This document shows, piece by piece, positions 51,091 to 64,000 of a DNA stretch of 64,000 bases (position 1 is its first letter; each line of letters begins with the position of its first letter). This DNA is from Octopus vulgaris. Taxonomy: Eukaryota. Under the pieces are notes generated by a model. That model searched no databases, was not told the origin of the DNA, and worked only from the letters and a program-made list of their open reading frames with translations. The stretch covers positions 2,914,001 through 2,978,000 of the forward strand of contig OX597830.1 in NCBI GenBank assembly GCA_951406725.2. Direction: 5' to 3'. The position numbers were made by a program, and so were the translations under genes.

Positions 51091-51142
51091 CAATATATAT
51101 ATACAGACACACACACATATATATATACATATATATACAACA

Positions 51143-51190
<48 letters not shown>

Positions 51191-52559
51191 GATGGTCCCT
51201 CCTGTTGAAGACAACATATAAGCATTCAAATGATTTGTTTATAGTGATCAAATGTTTGCGATTCTCATTAGCTCACCCCCTCCCCTTGAAATTGACATTG
51301 TCTGAATAGATGCACTGTGTAGCATGCGGTAGGTTCCAAAGTGGTCACAGAGCAATATGAAATGAAGAGTTTTGCTCAAGAACACAAGTTGAGGTTTATA
51401 CAAATAGACTGTGACAATATGGCTTGTTTTCTCTTTCTTATAATTAGTAATAATTATAAAAGGGATCTGCTGAAAGAATCCTTAACACATCAGACAAACT
51501 TCTTAGTGGCCTTTTGTCTACCTTTATGTTCTTCATTCAAATTTGGTTGGTCGACTTTCGTGATCAATGGAGTCAGTACCAATTGAGTACTGGGGTACAT
51601 ACCTTGGGGAACAATGCTCACCCGGTTCTCTAGCCTATGGCACTTGAACTCCTACATGTAATATGACTGTATTAGATGCAGAGTAACTTTTAAATACATT
51701 TAAAAATAGAAAAGAGATTTATATACACTAATAAATATGGTGAATATGATAAACAAAGGCCACAATTCAGTAAGTTAGACTAGTAAAAGAAACAAAAAAA
51801 AAAAGCAAAAAGCAAATGAAGAGTATCTCAGTTGATGCTGCTGCAACATTTAGCAGTTCCCATCACTAAATGTTGTTGGTTACCAATCAACTTATATATT
51901 TCTGACGTTAAAGTAATACAATGTAATATTTGTAACAGACAAGACAAACATATTCACAAACAATCATATTTTTTAGAGGAAATTAGGCAGAGAAAATTAA
52001 CAATTTTATTGATGTTTAAAACTTGCCAAGTGACATCAGTAAAGCAAGTTAATAAATACTTCAATATATTGATTAAAGAAGCCATATTATTATACAATGT
52101 TGCATATTACTATTATTATTGTTGTTGTTGTTATCATCATCACCATCATCGTTATTTAACACTGTACTCTAGGTAGAATAGTGGAGTACAGACAAATGGA
52201 AGCATACTAAAACTGGTGCTTATAGTAAATGTTAAATATAAACGTGTGTGCGTATTTGTGTAGTGCGTGAGTGTGTGTGTGAATACAGATATATATATAT
52301 GTGTGTGTGTGTGTATATATAAATCTTTATACACACACATATATGTGTACATATATATGTATGTATGTATGTATGTATAAATTTATTTCAGGTAACAAAT
52401 GTATGCAGATAATTATATCATTTTCATATACTGTTGATAGCATTTACTGGAAAGGCAAAAATACAAGCAAGTCTATGGAAATGAAACAAGTCACAAAGCT
52501 ATCGTTAGTAACGATATTCGGTGTTTTAGTATTTAGTACTGGAAATGTCTGGAAAAGAG

Positions 52560-54290
52560 GTTATGGAAGCTCAAAGACCCAGCAAAACAACAGAAATTTA
52601 GAAATGTTCCAATGGAACTATCTGATGAGAATGAAGAGGAGCTGGAAAAAAATAGCGTAGAAAACATCTGCAAGTTCCAGCAGCTGCAAGGGAAAACTAC
52701 TGAGGGCTACAGATCGAATCTGTGGCTGGCACAAAGTCCTAGCCAGGTTGAGGGTGATGTAGTGGTGGACCAAGGAGATAGATAGAGCTATGAAAGCAAA
52801 GAGACAGGCCTGGAAAGAGTGGGAAAATGATGGTAGCAGAGAATTATATCAGGTAACCAGAAGAGCATTAGTTGACAAATGAAGGGAGAAGCAGAAAGCA
52901 GGAGCTTTGCCAATATCCTACAGTATGAGAATCAGAGGCGTGAGGTGTTCCAGATTGCAAAGCAATGTATTTGATAGAATCATCATCATCATTGTTCGAC
53001 CGTGGTCGAGACAGTGGAATTTACTATGTTACGCCAGACTTCACGGTCCATCATAGCATTATGGAGGTCCTGTTGCTGGATGCGTGTATCCCTGGAGATT
53101 ACATCAGGGTAGGAGAGTGTGCGCCCTCTGGTATCGCGAGCAGGTGGCCTCCAGAGGAGAAGAGTAGAAATTACCTTGTTTTCAGCTCTACAACAATGTC
53201 CAGCAAACTGGGCTCTTCTACCTTTCACAAGAGATGATACAGGTGGTAATTTCTCATATATTTGTACTTTGGTTGGATGATGCTTCCACGAGAGATTTTG
53301 AGCTTACATAAGGAGGTGAGTGCAAGTTCCATCCAACTGCCTCTCAAGCTTCTTTGATAATGTCCAGGTTTCTGAGCCATAGAGTAGAATTGATAGAATA
53401 GAGATTTTATGGGCAAGAAATGTGAGTGAATGAATAATGGTAGATTTGCACTTAGTGATTCTGTGAAGAAAGATACGGAGAAATGCCATAACGAAAGACT
53501 GCTAAAAGTGGATTATGCATGGGAAGAGGAGGGATTTCTAGTGTGGATCTAACTCAGGGACTAGGTATTTGAGATGTCAGAAGCTTGACTGGTAGAGCAA
53601 TTAAGGGCATGAAGACAGGGAAAGCCCCTGGACCATCAGGAATCCCCTCTGAAATGTTTAGAATATCTGGTAGAGTTGAATATGGCTTGGTAATTCCCAT
53701 AGTCAATCAGGTGGAATTGGAAGGTATCTTACCCAGTAATTGGGTAGTAGTATAATAGTCAGCTGTGATAAGGGTAAAGGAGATGCCTTGGAGAGGGAAG
53801 TAATTAGAGAGGTATGAAACTGCTGGACCAGGTCCTGAATATTAAAGAGAGAGCTATAAGACAATTGATTAGGAACAGAATTAGACGAGATAAGATGCAG
53901 TGTGATTTTGTGCTGGGAAGGAAAAACTTTGATGTCCTTTTTCTAGTGAGACAGAAGCAGGTAAAGTATCTAGCTAAAAGTAGACCATTGTACTTGGCAT
54001 TTATTGACCTGGAGAAAGCCTTCGATAGAGTTCCTTGCTCTTTTCTCTGGTGATCTCTGAGGAAGCTGGGAGTTGATGAAAGGCTTATTAGAGTCATGCA
54101 AGCCATTTATAGGGATGTTATCTGAAAGCCATGAGTACACTGATGAATTTAGTGTACAACTAGGAATTCACCAGGATTCGATTCTCAGTTCCTTCCTGTT
54201 CATGATATGGTCCTCCAGGCCATAGCAGAAGAATTTAAAATCTGACTGCCCATGGGAACTACTATAATGTATGTAGTGGAATCTGTCACA
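52560..54290 (+). mobile_element. Older RTE-clade LINE ORF2 remnant, interrupted at 52981-53389
   Basis: WWWTKEIDRAMKAKRQAWKEW, MKTGKAPGPSGI, RGMKLLDQVLNI, LYLAFIDLEKAFDRVP, GIHQDSILS. Confidence 0.9.
52981..53389 (-). mobile_element. 5'-truncated 3' end of a different RTE-type LINE, nested, with a 10-bp TSD
   Basis: ILLYGSETWTLSKKLERQLDG ... AMMDREVWRNIV; (GAT)n tail; TSD ttgatagaat at 52971-52980 and 53390-53399. Confidence 0.88.
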
Positions 54291-56301
54291 GAAATTCCAA
54301 AATAGTCAACGACAATGATGAGTATCATTTGTTTATGGGTCAATGTGGGAGTTTCTTTGCAGACTCTTGGTTAGCTAGAAATAGAAACCAAATCTCACTC
54401 TCAAATTATTCCCTTTTGTTCTTTGAAAGAAATATTCAGGTACTGGTTATGATAATATAGAATAAAAATAGATTGGAAGGCCATGGGATGGAACATTCTG
54501 TATATGAAACCATGTGGGGCAACATGATGTATCAAAGGAATCTGATGTTTACTGCCAGGTTCCTTCTAAACAGTCTCCAATCTAAGCATAAGGACAACAG
54601 CTTTCTGGAGGTGGGGGAGCATTGATTACATTAATCCTGAATGCTTGACAGGTACTTTATTTTATCAACCCCCAGTGGGGATTAAAGATAAGATTGGAAT
54701 TTGGCAAAAAACTGGAACAACTGCTGCCTGACAATTAACATTTCTCAGAATGCTCTGAAGAATGTGCCAACTTATCACCATTCAATAGTTTTTTTTTTGT
54801 TTTTGGCACAAGGATCAGTCAATACTATTGACCCCAATATATGACTGATTCTGTATTTTATTAACCTCAAGGAGTTGAAAGGTATAGCTGACCTGAGCAG
54901 GATTTGAACTCAAATCTCAGAGAGCTAGAACAAATAACACACAGCATTTTCCCACAACTCTAATGATTCTTCCAGCTCACTTCTGAATTCCTTATGCAAT
55001 GGCAACACACACTTTATACTTAAAATATTATAAGAAATAATTCCAAGGAAACTCTTCAGGGACACCATTTGCCTCATCCTGCTGTACCATTTATGAGATT
55101 CAGTCTCTATTTAATTCATCACTATCATTCACTCTGTTACTATGGTTACTGATATACTCTCAGAACTTTGCTTGTTTGGTTGCTCCCCTGTTAACCTCCC
55201 TCATTAAGCTCTTTTCCTTTATCTCTCATCTTCCACACTTTTCAAACCCATACATTCACTGACATGATCAAAATTTAAACAAATTTTCTCCTTCAAAAGG
55301 CTTTGCTTGAAATATCAAGGTTCTTTTCTGCTAAATTTATACAAGATTCCTTCTCAATGCAGACCTCCTCCAGCTTCCGTAAACTTTGAATATCTGTTTT
55401 TTTTATTATATTAAAATTTACTAACCTTGGACTGACGCTTCCTAATGGAGACAAACTCCCCTGATGCCAGATCAGTAGGTAGATTCTAACTGTTGATCTT
55501 AATAGCATGAGTTTTCTTAACAAATCAACCCCCAAACCTAAGGAATTTCTTTTTCCTGGCACAGAGCCGACCACTTTTCTTTAGGACTTCCAGGTTTATT
55601 CTGTAGACTTACACCCTCCACCGACGAAGTGTACTTTCATACCCAAACAGAATAATAAATGTGGTTATAAGTGTTGTACAAATCAAAAAGGAAATGTTAA
55701 GTCAAAATGATAAATAAAAGACAGTTATTTCTCTCATTGAATACATATTTCTGTGATAGCGTGTATTGATCTGTATCAGTGGTGACCCAATCTCAGTGCT
55801 GCAAGTCAGTGAAATATTATAAATGTATTAAATTTGAAAACTACAACAACAACAGCAACAAAAACAATGAAATAGAATGAAATTCCCTGGGAAGAGCGAT
55901 ATTACGACTGCTATGTTTACAATGTTAAAATCTCGTTTCTTACATGTGTATGTGTGTGTGTGTGTTGGTGTATGTGGGTATATGCATATGCATATATATA
56001 CACACAAACACACACACAGACACGCACACACACACAGACACGCACACACACACAGACACGCACACACACACAGACACGCACACACACACACATATTAGAG
56101 AGAGGTGGGGTGAAAGATTTACATATGTTTGTGTAAATGTGTGTACATGTATTTGTATACATATATTTATATCATTTATATGTGGGTTTATATGTATATA
56201 TATATATATAAATATTCCCTCACACACACACACATATATATGTAAAGTGTGTGTGAACATACACGCACACGTTTGTGGGTACGTGAGCATCTGTACCTAT
56301 A

Positions 56302-56345
<44 letters not shown>

Positions 56346-57100
56346 CACACACACACACATGTATGTGTGAGTGTGTGTGCAAGTGTACATACACATATAT
56401 CAATGTGCATGTACGTGTGTGTGTTTTCCTTCTTCTCTGCTTTCCGTATCCTATCGCAGCTGTATGCAACAGTCGTCGTTGCTCTAACAGTGAGGAAAAA
56501 AGTGATGAATCAGGAGGTAAAGATGCGTAGGCTGATGCTTCTGAACTGGTTGCAACGAAATCAGTTAGCAATTGGTCAAGGCTGCAGATAGAGAAGTCTG
56601 CTGCAACAGCAGCTGCACAAGAAAGAGTGCAGATAGCTGCATGGGAGAGTGAGAGAGAGAGAGAGAGTCTTTTAATGGAGAGCAGGTTGTTAAGCACACA
56701 CAAACACACACACACAAACACACACACAAAGACACACACATCCCTATTTTAGGTGGGGAAGCGTGTAGGGATTGAATGCCGATCAGTGTTACATGCATTA
56801 ACCTTCGCTACATTCTCTGGAGGACAGCCAATTAAATTTATATACACACATTTATGTGTGTATATACACAGACACAAGCACATGCATGAATGCATGCATA
56901 CACTGACACGGACACACAGACATATGCACTCACACAAGCAGGCATATACATTTCTACTTTTTCACATCCTATCTTTCTGCCTCTCTCTCCCCCTCTGTCT
57001 CGCCCTATATATATATGTGAGTGTATGTGTGTTTGTGTGTGTGTGTGTGTGTGTATGTATGCATGTATGTGTGAGTATGTAAATATATATATATATATAT

Positions 57101-57502
57101 ACTCTCTTTACTCTCTTTTACTTGTTTCAGTCATTTGACCACGGCCTTGCTGGAGCACTACCTTTAGTCGAGCAACTCGACCCCGGGACTTATTCTTTTG
57201 TAAGCCCAGTACTTATTCTATCAGTCTCTTTTGCCGAACCGCTAAGTGATGGCGATGTAAACACACCAGCATCGGTTGTCAAGCAATGCTATGGGGACAA
57301 ACACAGACACACAAACATACACACACATATATATACATATATACGACGGGCTTCTTTTAGTTTCTGTCTACCAAATCCACTCACAAGGCTTTGGTCAGCC
57401 TGAGGCTATAGTAGAAGACACTTGCCCAAGATGCCACCCAGTAGGACTGAACCCAGAACCATGTGGTTGGTAAGCAAGCTACTTACCATACAGCCACTCC
57501 AG
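57101..57502 (-). mobile_element. SINE family B copy (well preserved)
   Basis: Near-identical in layout to the 26797-27202 and 33507-33910 copies. Confidence 0.9.
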
Positions 57503-57514
57503 TGCCTATATATT

Positions 57515-57730
57515 CTTTTCTTCTCTAGGCACAAGACCTGAAACTTTTTGGGGAGTGGGGGCAGTCGATTAGATCGATCCCAGTATGCAACTGGTACTTA
57601 ATTTATAGATCCTGAAAGGATGAAAGGCAAAGTTGACCTTGGCAGAATTTCAACTCAGAATGTAAAGACAGACGAAATGCCGCCAAGCATTTCACCCGCC
57701 GTGCTAACGTTTCTGCCAGTTCACCGCCTT
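57515..57730 (-). mobile_element. SINE family A copy
   Basis: Reverse complement of aaggcggtgaactggcagaaacgttagcacgg... Confidence 0.85.
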
Positions 57731-59296
57731 ATATATATATATATTCATTTCTTTATTGCCCACAATATTGTTGAGACTAGTAAGAAACAATTATGAACTT
57801 TTTTATTACACTTAACTTTTAAAAATATTTTTGATAAGGTTCGTTTTTTCAAGAACTGAAACATGAAATTTCTAGTGGCGTTTTCAAACTTCTTTTTTAT
57901 AAATATATACCCATTCGTATACCACCTACACTTATTATAAATATATATATACTATCAGCATCACCTTCATCAGTTAATATGTTTTCTGTGCAGAGAGTTG
58001 CATTGGGCTCCAGTGTCAGCTTTGGCATGGTTTCTACAGCTTGCTGCCACTCCTATTGCTAACCGTTTAACAAAATGTACTGCATGCATTTTTGTGGCAC
58101 CAACACTAGTGAAGTCACCATTTAACTTGCAAAACAAGATCCCTTGATAAAGTTGGGATGCACAATTGAGAGAGGTGACATTATATCATATGTTGAGATG
58201 CTAAATATGAGAGAAGGGTCAGAAATAGATGTCTTGCTGTAGAAGAGATGGCTGGTTACCCCAGGATAATAGGGAGAAAGAACAGTGGAAATGAAATATC
58301 AGGGTGTACCCTCAAGGTACAAGTAGGTGGCTAGAGAGTGAAATGTGACAGAGAATCAAGGATTGCTCGTTAGGAAGGTAGGTAGGAAGGTAGGTTCACA
58401 AGAGTGTAAAAGCAGAGAGAGAGACAGACAGATGCTGGAGATAAGGATATAAGTAAATGCAATGAATAGTGAACCTGAATGAAGGCATTGACAATGAGGA
58501 ATGCAAATACAAGAGGGGTGGGTAAGGGCAGAGAAGGTGATATATGAGTGTCTATATATTTATGTATTATATTGTTATATATATATGTGTGTGTGTGTAT
58601 GTATCTCTGTCTCTCCCCCCACCATATATATGTATATATGACAATGAGAGAGAGAAAGAGACAGACCAAGATTTGAAGCAAATAATAAACACAAGATAAG
58701 GAATCTTTGCATTTGTTTGCAACAAAGAGGAAGAAGATAAAAAGAGTGAAACCGAGATTGCAATGAACGGTTGCATCTGTCATATTTTTGTAAAGCATTT
58801 AGAGGCATTCATGTCCATATCTACTTCATGTCTATATATGTATTATGTATTGATAGGTATTACTTATATGTATCATTAATAACATTCTCCAGTTTCACGA
58901 ATATATTTGCTTGTAATATAATAAGAGATAAGGTTTTATTTGGTATATTTTGAAGCAAAAAAATTACCATGTATATAAGACAATCTAATACATGCAGCAT
59001 ACATGCACACAGTCACACTCACATATATATAAATATTGGTCTATTGTTGTACCACTTATATACATATATATATATATATGTATATATATGTATGTATATA
59101 TATATATATATATTTGGAGATATGGAGATAGAAACATGCTCCTTCTTAGTAATATATATATATATATATATCAACAACAATAATTTTTTTTTTCTTAGAT
59201 GATATTAAAAACCCAGCTAGACTATTTCCAGTAATGGATAGTTTCCAATTGAAATGTCAAACCACAACTAAAAGACATTGATATCTTAAATGCTGC

Positions 59297-59312
59297 AATA
59301 ATAATAATAATG

Positions 59313-59346
<34 letters not shown>

Positions 59347-59420
59347 TACTGATGATGACGACAACGACAACAATGATGATGATGATGACGGTGTGGTGGT
59401 GCAACTGATGATGATGATAT
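59297..59420. repeat. (AAT)n/(GAT)n microsatellite
   Basis: Directly visible. Confidence 0.9.
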
Positions 59421-60294
59421 ATGAATAAGTAAAACAAATTAATAAATAAACAGAAAAGAAGGCCTTCAGAAATTTTATATGTAGAAAATTCATTTTTATA
59501 TCTTCCCTATATTTCACATATGCATTACAAGTCTGGAATATTACAATAATATATTTTTCATTTTTTAATATTTTTTTATATAATTTTACAGTACATAATT
59601 TCAGATATTTTAAACATATAACAAGTAATTTTTCCTTTTCTTTTTTGGTGTGGGTGTTTTGTTTTTATCATTCTGCTATTGTTGTAATGTAGAAAATGCA
59701 AAAACAACATAAAAATAAGAAATAAATAAATGAAAATGGTAATGTGTAGTGAATTACAAAGAGGAATGGTCTGTGTAAAAGTGGTATCTCATATTTCTTG
59801 TTATTTTCTTTCTTTTTTCACTAATGAAAATGACAAAAAGAAACAAGGAATATATTGTTAACACTCTGAAAGTAATTGGTGTCTAAAGTTTTGAGATTAT
59901 ATTCACAGATATTATAGGCTGCTACTTAATCATTACATTTACCATTCCTAATTTGTAAAGATTTAGCGGCAAACTACTTCGAGATGAAATTTACCAAATT
60001 TGGTTTGTTTTGTTTCTTTATTTTTTGAAGAAAGAAAAAAAAAATTTGATGTGTGAAAGTTACAAAAATAAAATTTAATAAGAAAACAACAAAAATTAAT
60101 TGTAGAATTATTCAAATCATTTCTATAGCAAAAGTAACATTCTTTTGGGTCTTGGTACTGTTTGCAAACGCAGTTGATACTCATATATTACTGGTATCAG
60201 TTGTTGTGGTTGTTGTTGCTGGTTTTGATTAACCTTGGTCAGACCTGGTATTCCAACCACAGCCACTGGTATTAATTTTAAACACAAGAGATCA

Positions 60295-60775
60295 AGGTAG
60301 CAAGCCGGCAGAATTGTTAGCACAGTGGGCTTAGTGGTATTTCGTTTGCCATTACGTTCTGAGTTCAAATTCTTATTTCCTTATTGCTCACAAGGGGCTA
60401 AACATAGAGGGGACAAACAAGGAAAGACAAAGGGATTAAGTCAATTACATCGACCCCAGTGCATAACTGGTACTTAATTTATCGACCCCCGAAAGGATGA
60501 AAGGCAAAGTCGACCTCAGCAGAAGTTGAATTCAGAATGTAACAGCAAACGAAATACCGCAAAGCACTTCACCTTGCATGCTAACGATTCTGCCAGCTCG
60601 CCGCCTTTTCCAGCTGAGTTCAAATTCTGCCAAGGTCGACTTTGCCTTTCATCCTTTCAGGGTCGATTAAATAAGTACCAGTTACACACTGTTGTTGATG
60701 TATTCGAATTAATCCCTTTGTCTGTCCTTGTTTGTCCCTTCTGTGTTTGACCCCTTGTGGGCAATAAAGATATAA
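60295..60775. mobile_element. SINE A (+) containing a nested SINE A (-, 60374-60613) with a 15-bp TSD
   Basis: TSD ctgagttcaaattct at 60359-60373 and 60614-60628; the host body resumes after the insert. Confidence 0.9.
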
Positions 60776-60876
60776 ATACATGCAAGAATACACCATTCAA
60801 TGTGTCCCCTTTTTAAAGACAGTTCAATGAAAACTTGAAGGAGATTTGCCTATTCAATTAAGTACAGTAATTGCAT

Positions 60877-60928
<52 letters not shown>

Positions 60929-61729
60929 AGGGCATGTGAGAAAGAGAGAGGTGAGAGAGAGAAGGTGTAAGGGTGGGGTTTCATTGATATTGGAGACAAA
61001 TCAGCCGGCAAAACGTTTGAACTCAAGGATTTAAAATGTTAAACTCTCTGACTGGAATTTCCTCTTCATTCAAATTGTTGTTGTGGGTCAGCCCTGATTG
61101 AGGAAACTTTTTCATACAATCCATTCCAGCAAAGACTATTGCATCATTTATTCAAACATAGTGTATCTAAGACTACAGTATCTGGGTAAGTTGTGATTTG
61201 AAAAATATCTCATAGCTATATCTAGTAAAGCAAGAGACCACATAGTGGCTTCTATTCTGGCTTACCCTATTTAAGTTTGTCCTACAGCTGACCATTAACC
61301 ACATCAGTTTCACCTGACAGGGGTGACCCACAAAGGTGATGGATGCTGGGCTTCAAAGTCCTCCACCTAAATAATGTAAAACCCAAGAATTTAGCATGCT
61401 TTGGTGTGCTCCTGAACCATTCAGTTCCATTGAGAAATATATTTTATTTTCTAACAAAACTTCATAGATAGGAACAGTTGATTATATCAACCTCAGTATT
61501 TTACAGGTACTTTATTTTATCGGCACTGGAAAAATAAAAGATGAAGTTGATTGTGGTAGGATTTGAAATCAGGATGCACACAGTAGAACTAAACATAATA
61601 AGATATTTTGTATAAACACTACTTCTTTGGTCATCCTACCATCATTTTGTCTCACCAAGCTACTGTTTTTTTGTACCAAACTATTTAGTTTGTTGGTTTA
61701 ATAATTCTGACTTGAAATAACAAAACCTA

Positions 61730-61940
61730 TTTTTTTACTACCCACAAGGGGCCAAACACAGAGGGGACAAACAAGGACAGACAAACGGATTAAGTCGATT
61801 ACAACGACCCCAGTGCATAACTGGTACTTAATTTATCGACCCCCGAAAGGATAAAAGGCAAAGTTAACCTCAGCGGCAGACAAAATACGGCTACACAGTT
61901 GTGCCTGGCGTGCTAACGTTTCTGCCAGCTCGCCGCCTGC
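61730..61940 (-). mobile_element. SINE family A copy with TSD and internal deletion
   Basis: TSD acaaaaccta at 61720-61729 and 61945-61954; the B-box segment is missing. Confidence 0.85.
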
Positions 61941-62092
61941 AATTACAAAACCTACTGCACCATCCATTACATTAACACCAGCAACAAACACGAGCTTCCC
62001 TTCAGTAAAGCCAAAAGGTGCTCAATGAGTCTCTGCAATTCTAGAAACAACCCACTTTATAAATATAAAAAGAAATTAACAAACATTTTCAG

Positions 62093-63240
62093 CAGGTATG
62101 GCTGTGAGGCAAAAAGGTTGCTTCCCAACCACATGGTTCTGGGTTCAGTCCCACTGTGTGGCACCTTAGGCAAGTCGCTTCTACTGTAGCCTCAGGTCAA
62201 CCAAAGTTTTGTGCACAGATTTGTTTAATGGAGAGCAAAAGAAGCCTGTTGCATATATATCATCATCATCATCATCATCTTTTAACGTCCGTTTTCCATG
62301 CTAGCATGGGTTGGACGGTTCGACCGGGGTCTGCGAAGCCAGGAGGCTGCACCAGGCTCCAGTCTGATTTGGCAGTGTTTCTACAGCTGGATAACCTTCC
62401 TAATGCCAACCACTCCATGAGTGTAGTGGGTGCTTTTTACATGCTAGCAGCACAGGGGCCAGATGAGGCTGGCAAATAGCCACAATCGGTTGGTGCTTTT
62501 ACATGTCACCAACACAAACACCAGTCAGGTGGCATGGGCATCTGCCACGTTCGGATGGTACTTCTTACGTGTCACCGGCACGGGTATCTTAACTACAATT
62601 TCCATTTGATTTTAATTTTGATGTTGGTGTTAATGTACTTGACTCAATAGGTCTCCTCAAGAACAGCGGGTCACTCTACGATCCAAGGTTAGCACAGCAG
62701 GTTGTCCTGCAAGCCATGAACTCACTTCATTTGTTGGGTCTTCAAAGTCACAGCATATCTCCAGAAGTCTCAGTCTTTTGTCATAGCCTCTATGAGGTTC
62801 AACGTACGAAGGTCAAGCTTGACCACCTCGTCCCATGTCTTCCTGGGTCTACCTCTACCCCGGATTCCTTCAACTGTTTGGGAGTGTCACTTCTTCACAC
62901 CTCTCTCCTCATCCATCCATACTACATGACCATACCAACGCAAACGTCACTCCTGCACACTGCATCCGATGATTCTTATGCCCAACAATATATGTATGTG
63001 TGAGTGTGTGTATGTCTTTGTGTCTATGTTTGTCTCCCACCATTGCTTGACAACCGGTGTTGGTGTGCTTACGTCCCTTGTAATTAACGGTCTGGCAAAA
63101 GAGGCTGATAGATTAAGAGTCAGGCTTATAAAAGATAAGTACTGGGGTCAATTCGTTCCACTAAAATAATTCTTTGATGCAGTGCTGCCCCAGCTTGGCC
63201 ACAGTCTAATGATGGAAAGAAGTAAAAGATAAAAGATAAA
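62093..63240 (+). mobile_element. SINE family B split by an RTE fragment
   Basis: Head 62093-62255 and tail 62990-63240 flank the insert at the SINE's central (TA)n. Confidence 0.8.
62261..62988 (-). mobile_element. 5'-truncated RTE LINE (ORF end + 3' UTR), same family as 13825-15520
   Basis: Shares catgaccatacc, gggtctacctct and the 3' UTR and (GAT)n tail with the 14 kb copy. Confidence 0.88.
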
Positions 63241-64000
63241 TGTACTGATATTTCATTAACCATTTTGTCCAATAATTTACCGATTCTAAGAAATAATATT
63301 GACTTCACTGATATATAAATAAGATCAAGAATTCTTAATGAGAATTATCAAACTTACAAATTTATTAATTACAGATAAATAAATTGAAAACAATAAGGTA
63401 ATATATATAATGTTTTCTGTTTGACTTTCTTGAGTAATAAATAAATAAAAAATGATCAAAAGAATTTAATCAGTGGTAAGTCAATATCTTAAATGTTTTT
63501 GCCCAACAACAAAAAGAACTGGTGAAGAGATGAGCCAATGATGCTATCTCCATGAGGTCGTTTGATCTGCAAGAAATACTAGCTAAATTTCTCTCAAACC
63601 ACACCCTACCATCATAAAAAGGCAAGACTGAATAAGTACACAGAAGCCTAAAGAACACATTGAATGATGTAGTCTTAGATAGATATACAGAAAGAAGGAA
63701 TGGTCTGTCGACTGCCATGTTTAGTTCTATGGTATATTGAATATTATTCTATAAAGTTCTAGCTTGGTTAGCTGGGAACTGAGAATTTGGTCTGGCTCAT
63801 GTTCCCCACAAAACCAATCACACTTTTCCCCGTTTGAATGAATCTTTTTCATCTCCATGTTGACAATACGAAGGCCAACAACCGGAGGCTGTTATGATGA
63901 ATGCCTGTAGCTTGTGTGAGAATGTAGATTTGGCAGGGAGGAAAAACGTAAAACTGCATGTTTGGTGAGGGCAGCGGGGTCTTAACATAGGGTTGAAAAG

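Noticed and set aside
449-59517. Numerous 60-215 aa ORFs rich in YI, HT, CV, ER, LS, poly-K/F/I
   Set aside because: Translations of microsatellites and low-complexity tracts; no domain content.

Overview
AT-rich, repeat-saturated eukaryotic DNA, almost certainly intronic or intergenic. The SINE families, RTE LINE tails and very dense (TA)n/(CA)n/(GA)n/(AAT)n tracts look like an octopus (coleoid cephalopod) genome; this is inferred from recalled repeat families, not a search. I found no convincing host protein-coding gene, tRNA, rRNA or CRISPR, and most ORFs in the track are microsatellite translations. The window holds decayed DNA transposons (maT DD37D, two mariners, MULE, Tigger, piggyBac-type), RTE LINE fragments, a HERO-like RLE fragment, several Penelope-like (GIY-YIG) remnants and three tRNA-derived SINE families, often nested. 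The most interesting signals are RNA-structural. (1) A near-intact type I hammerhead ribozyme lies at 19191-19279 (-), and about five more hammerhead-like motifs sit at the ends of Penelope-type fragments. (2) A ~62-bp tandem unit in the RTE 3' UTR folds into a compact H-type pseudoknot, repeated 2-5 times per copy. (3) Local fold-back inverted duplications range from perfect (128 and 73 bp arms; 308 bp with one indel) to diverged (~79 and ~52 bp arms), and would make long dsRNA if transcribed.
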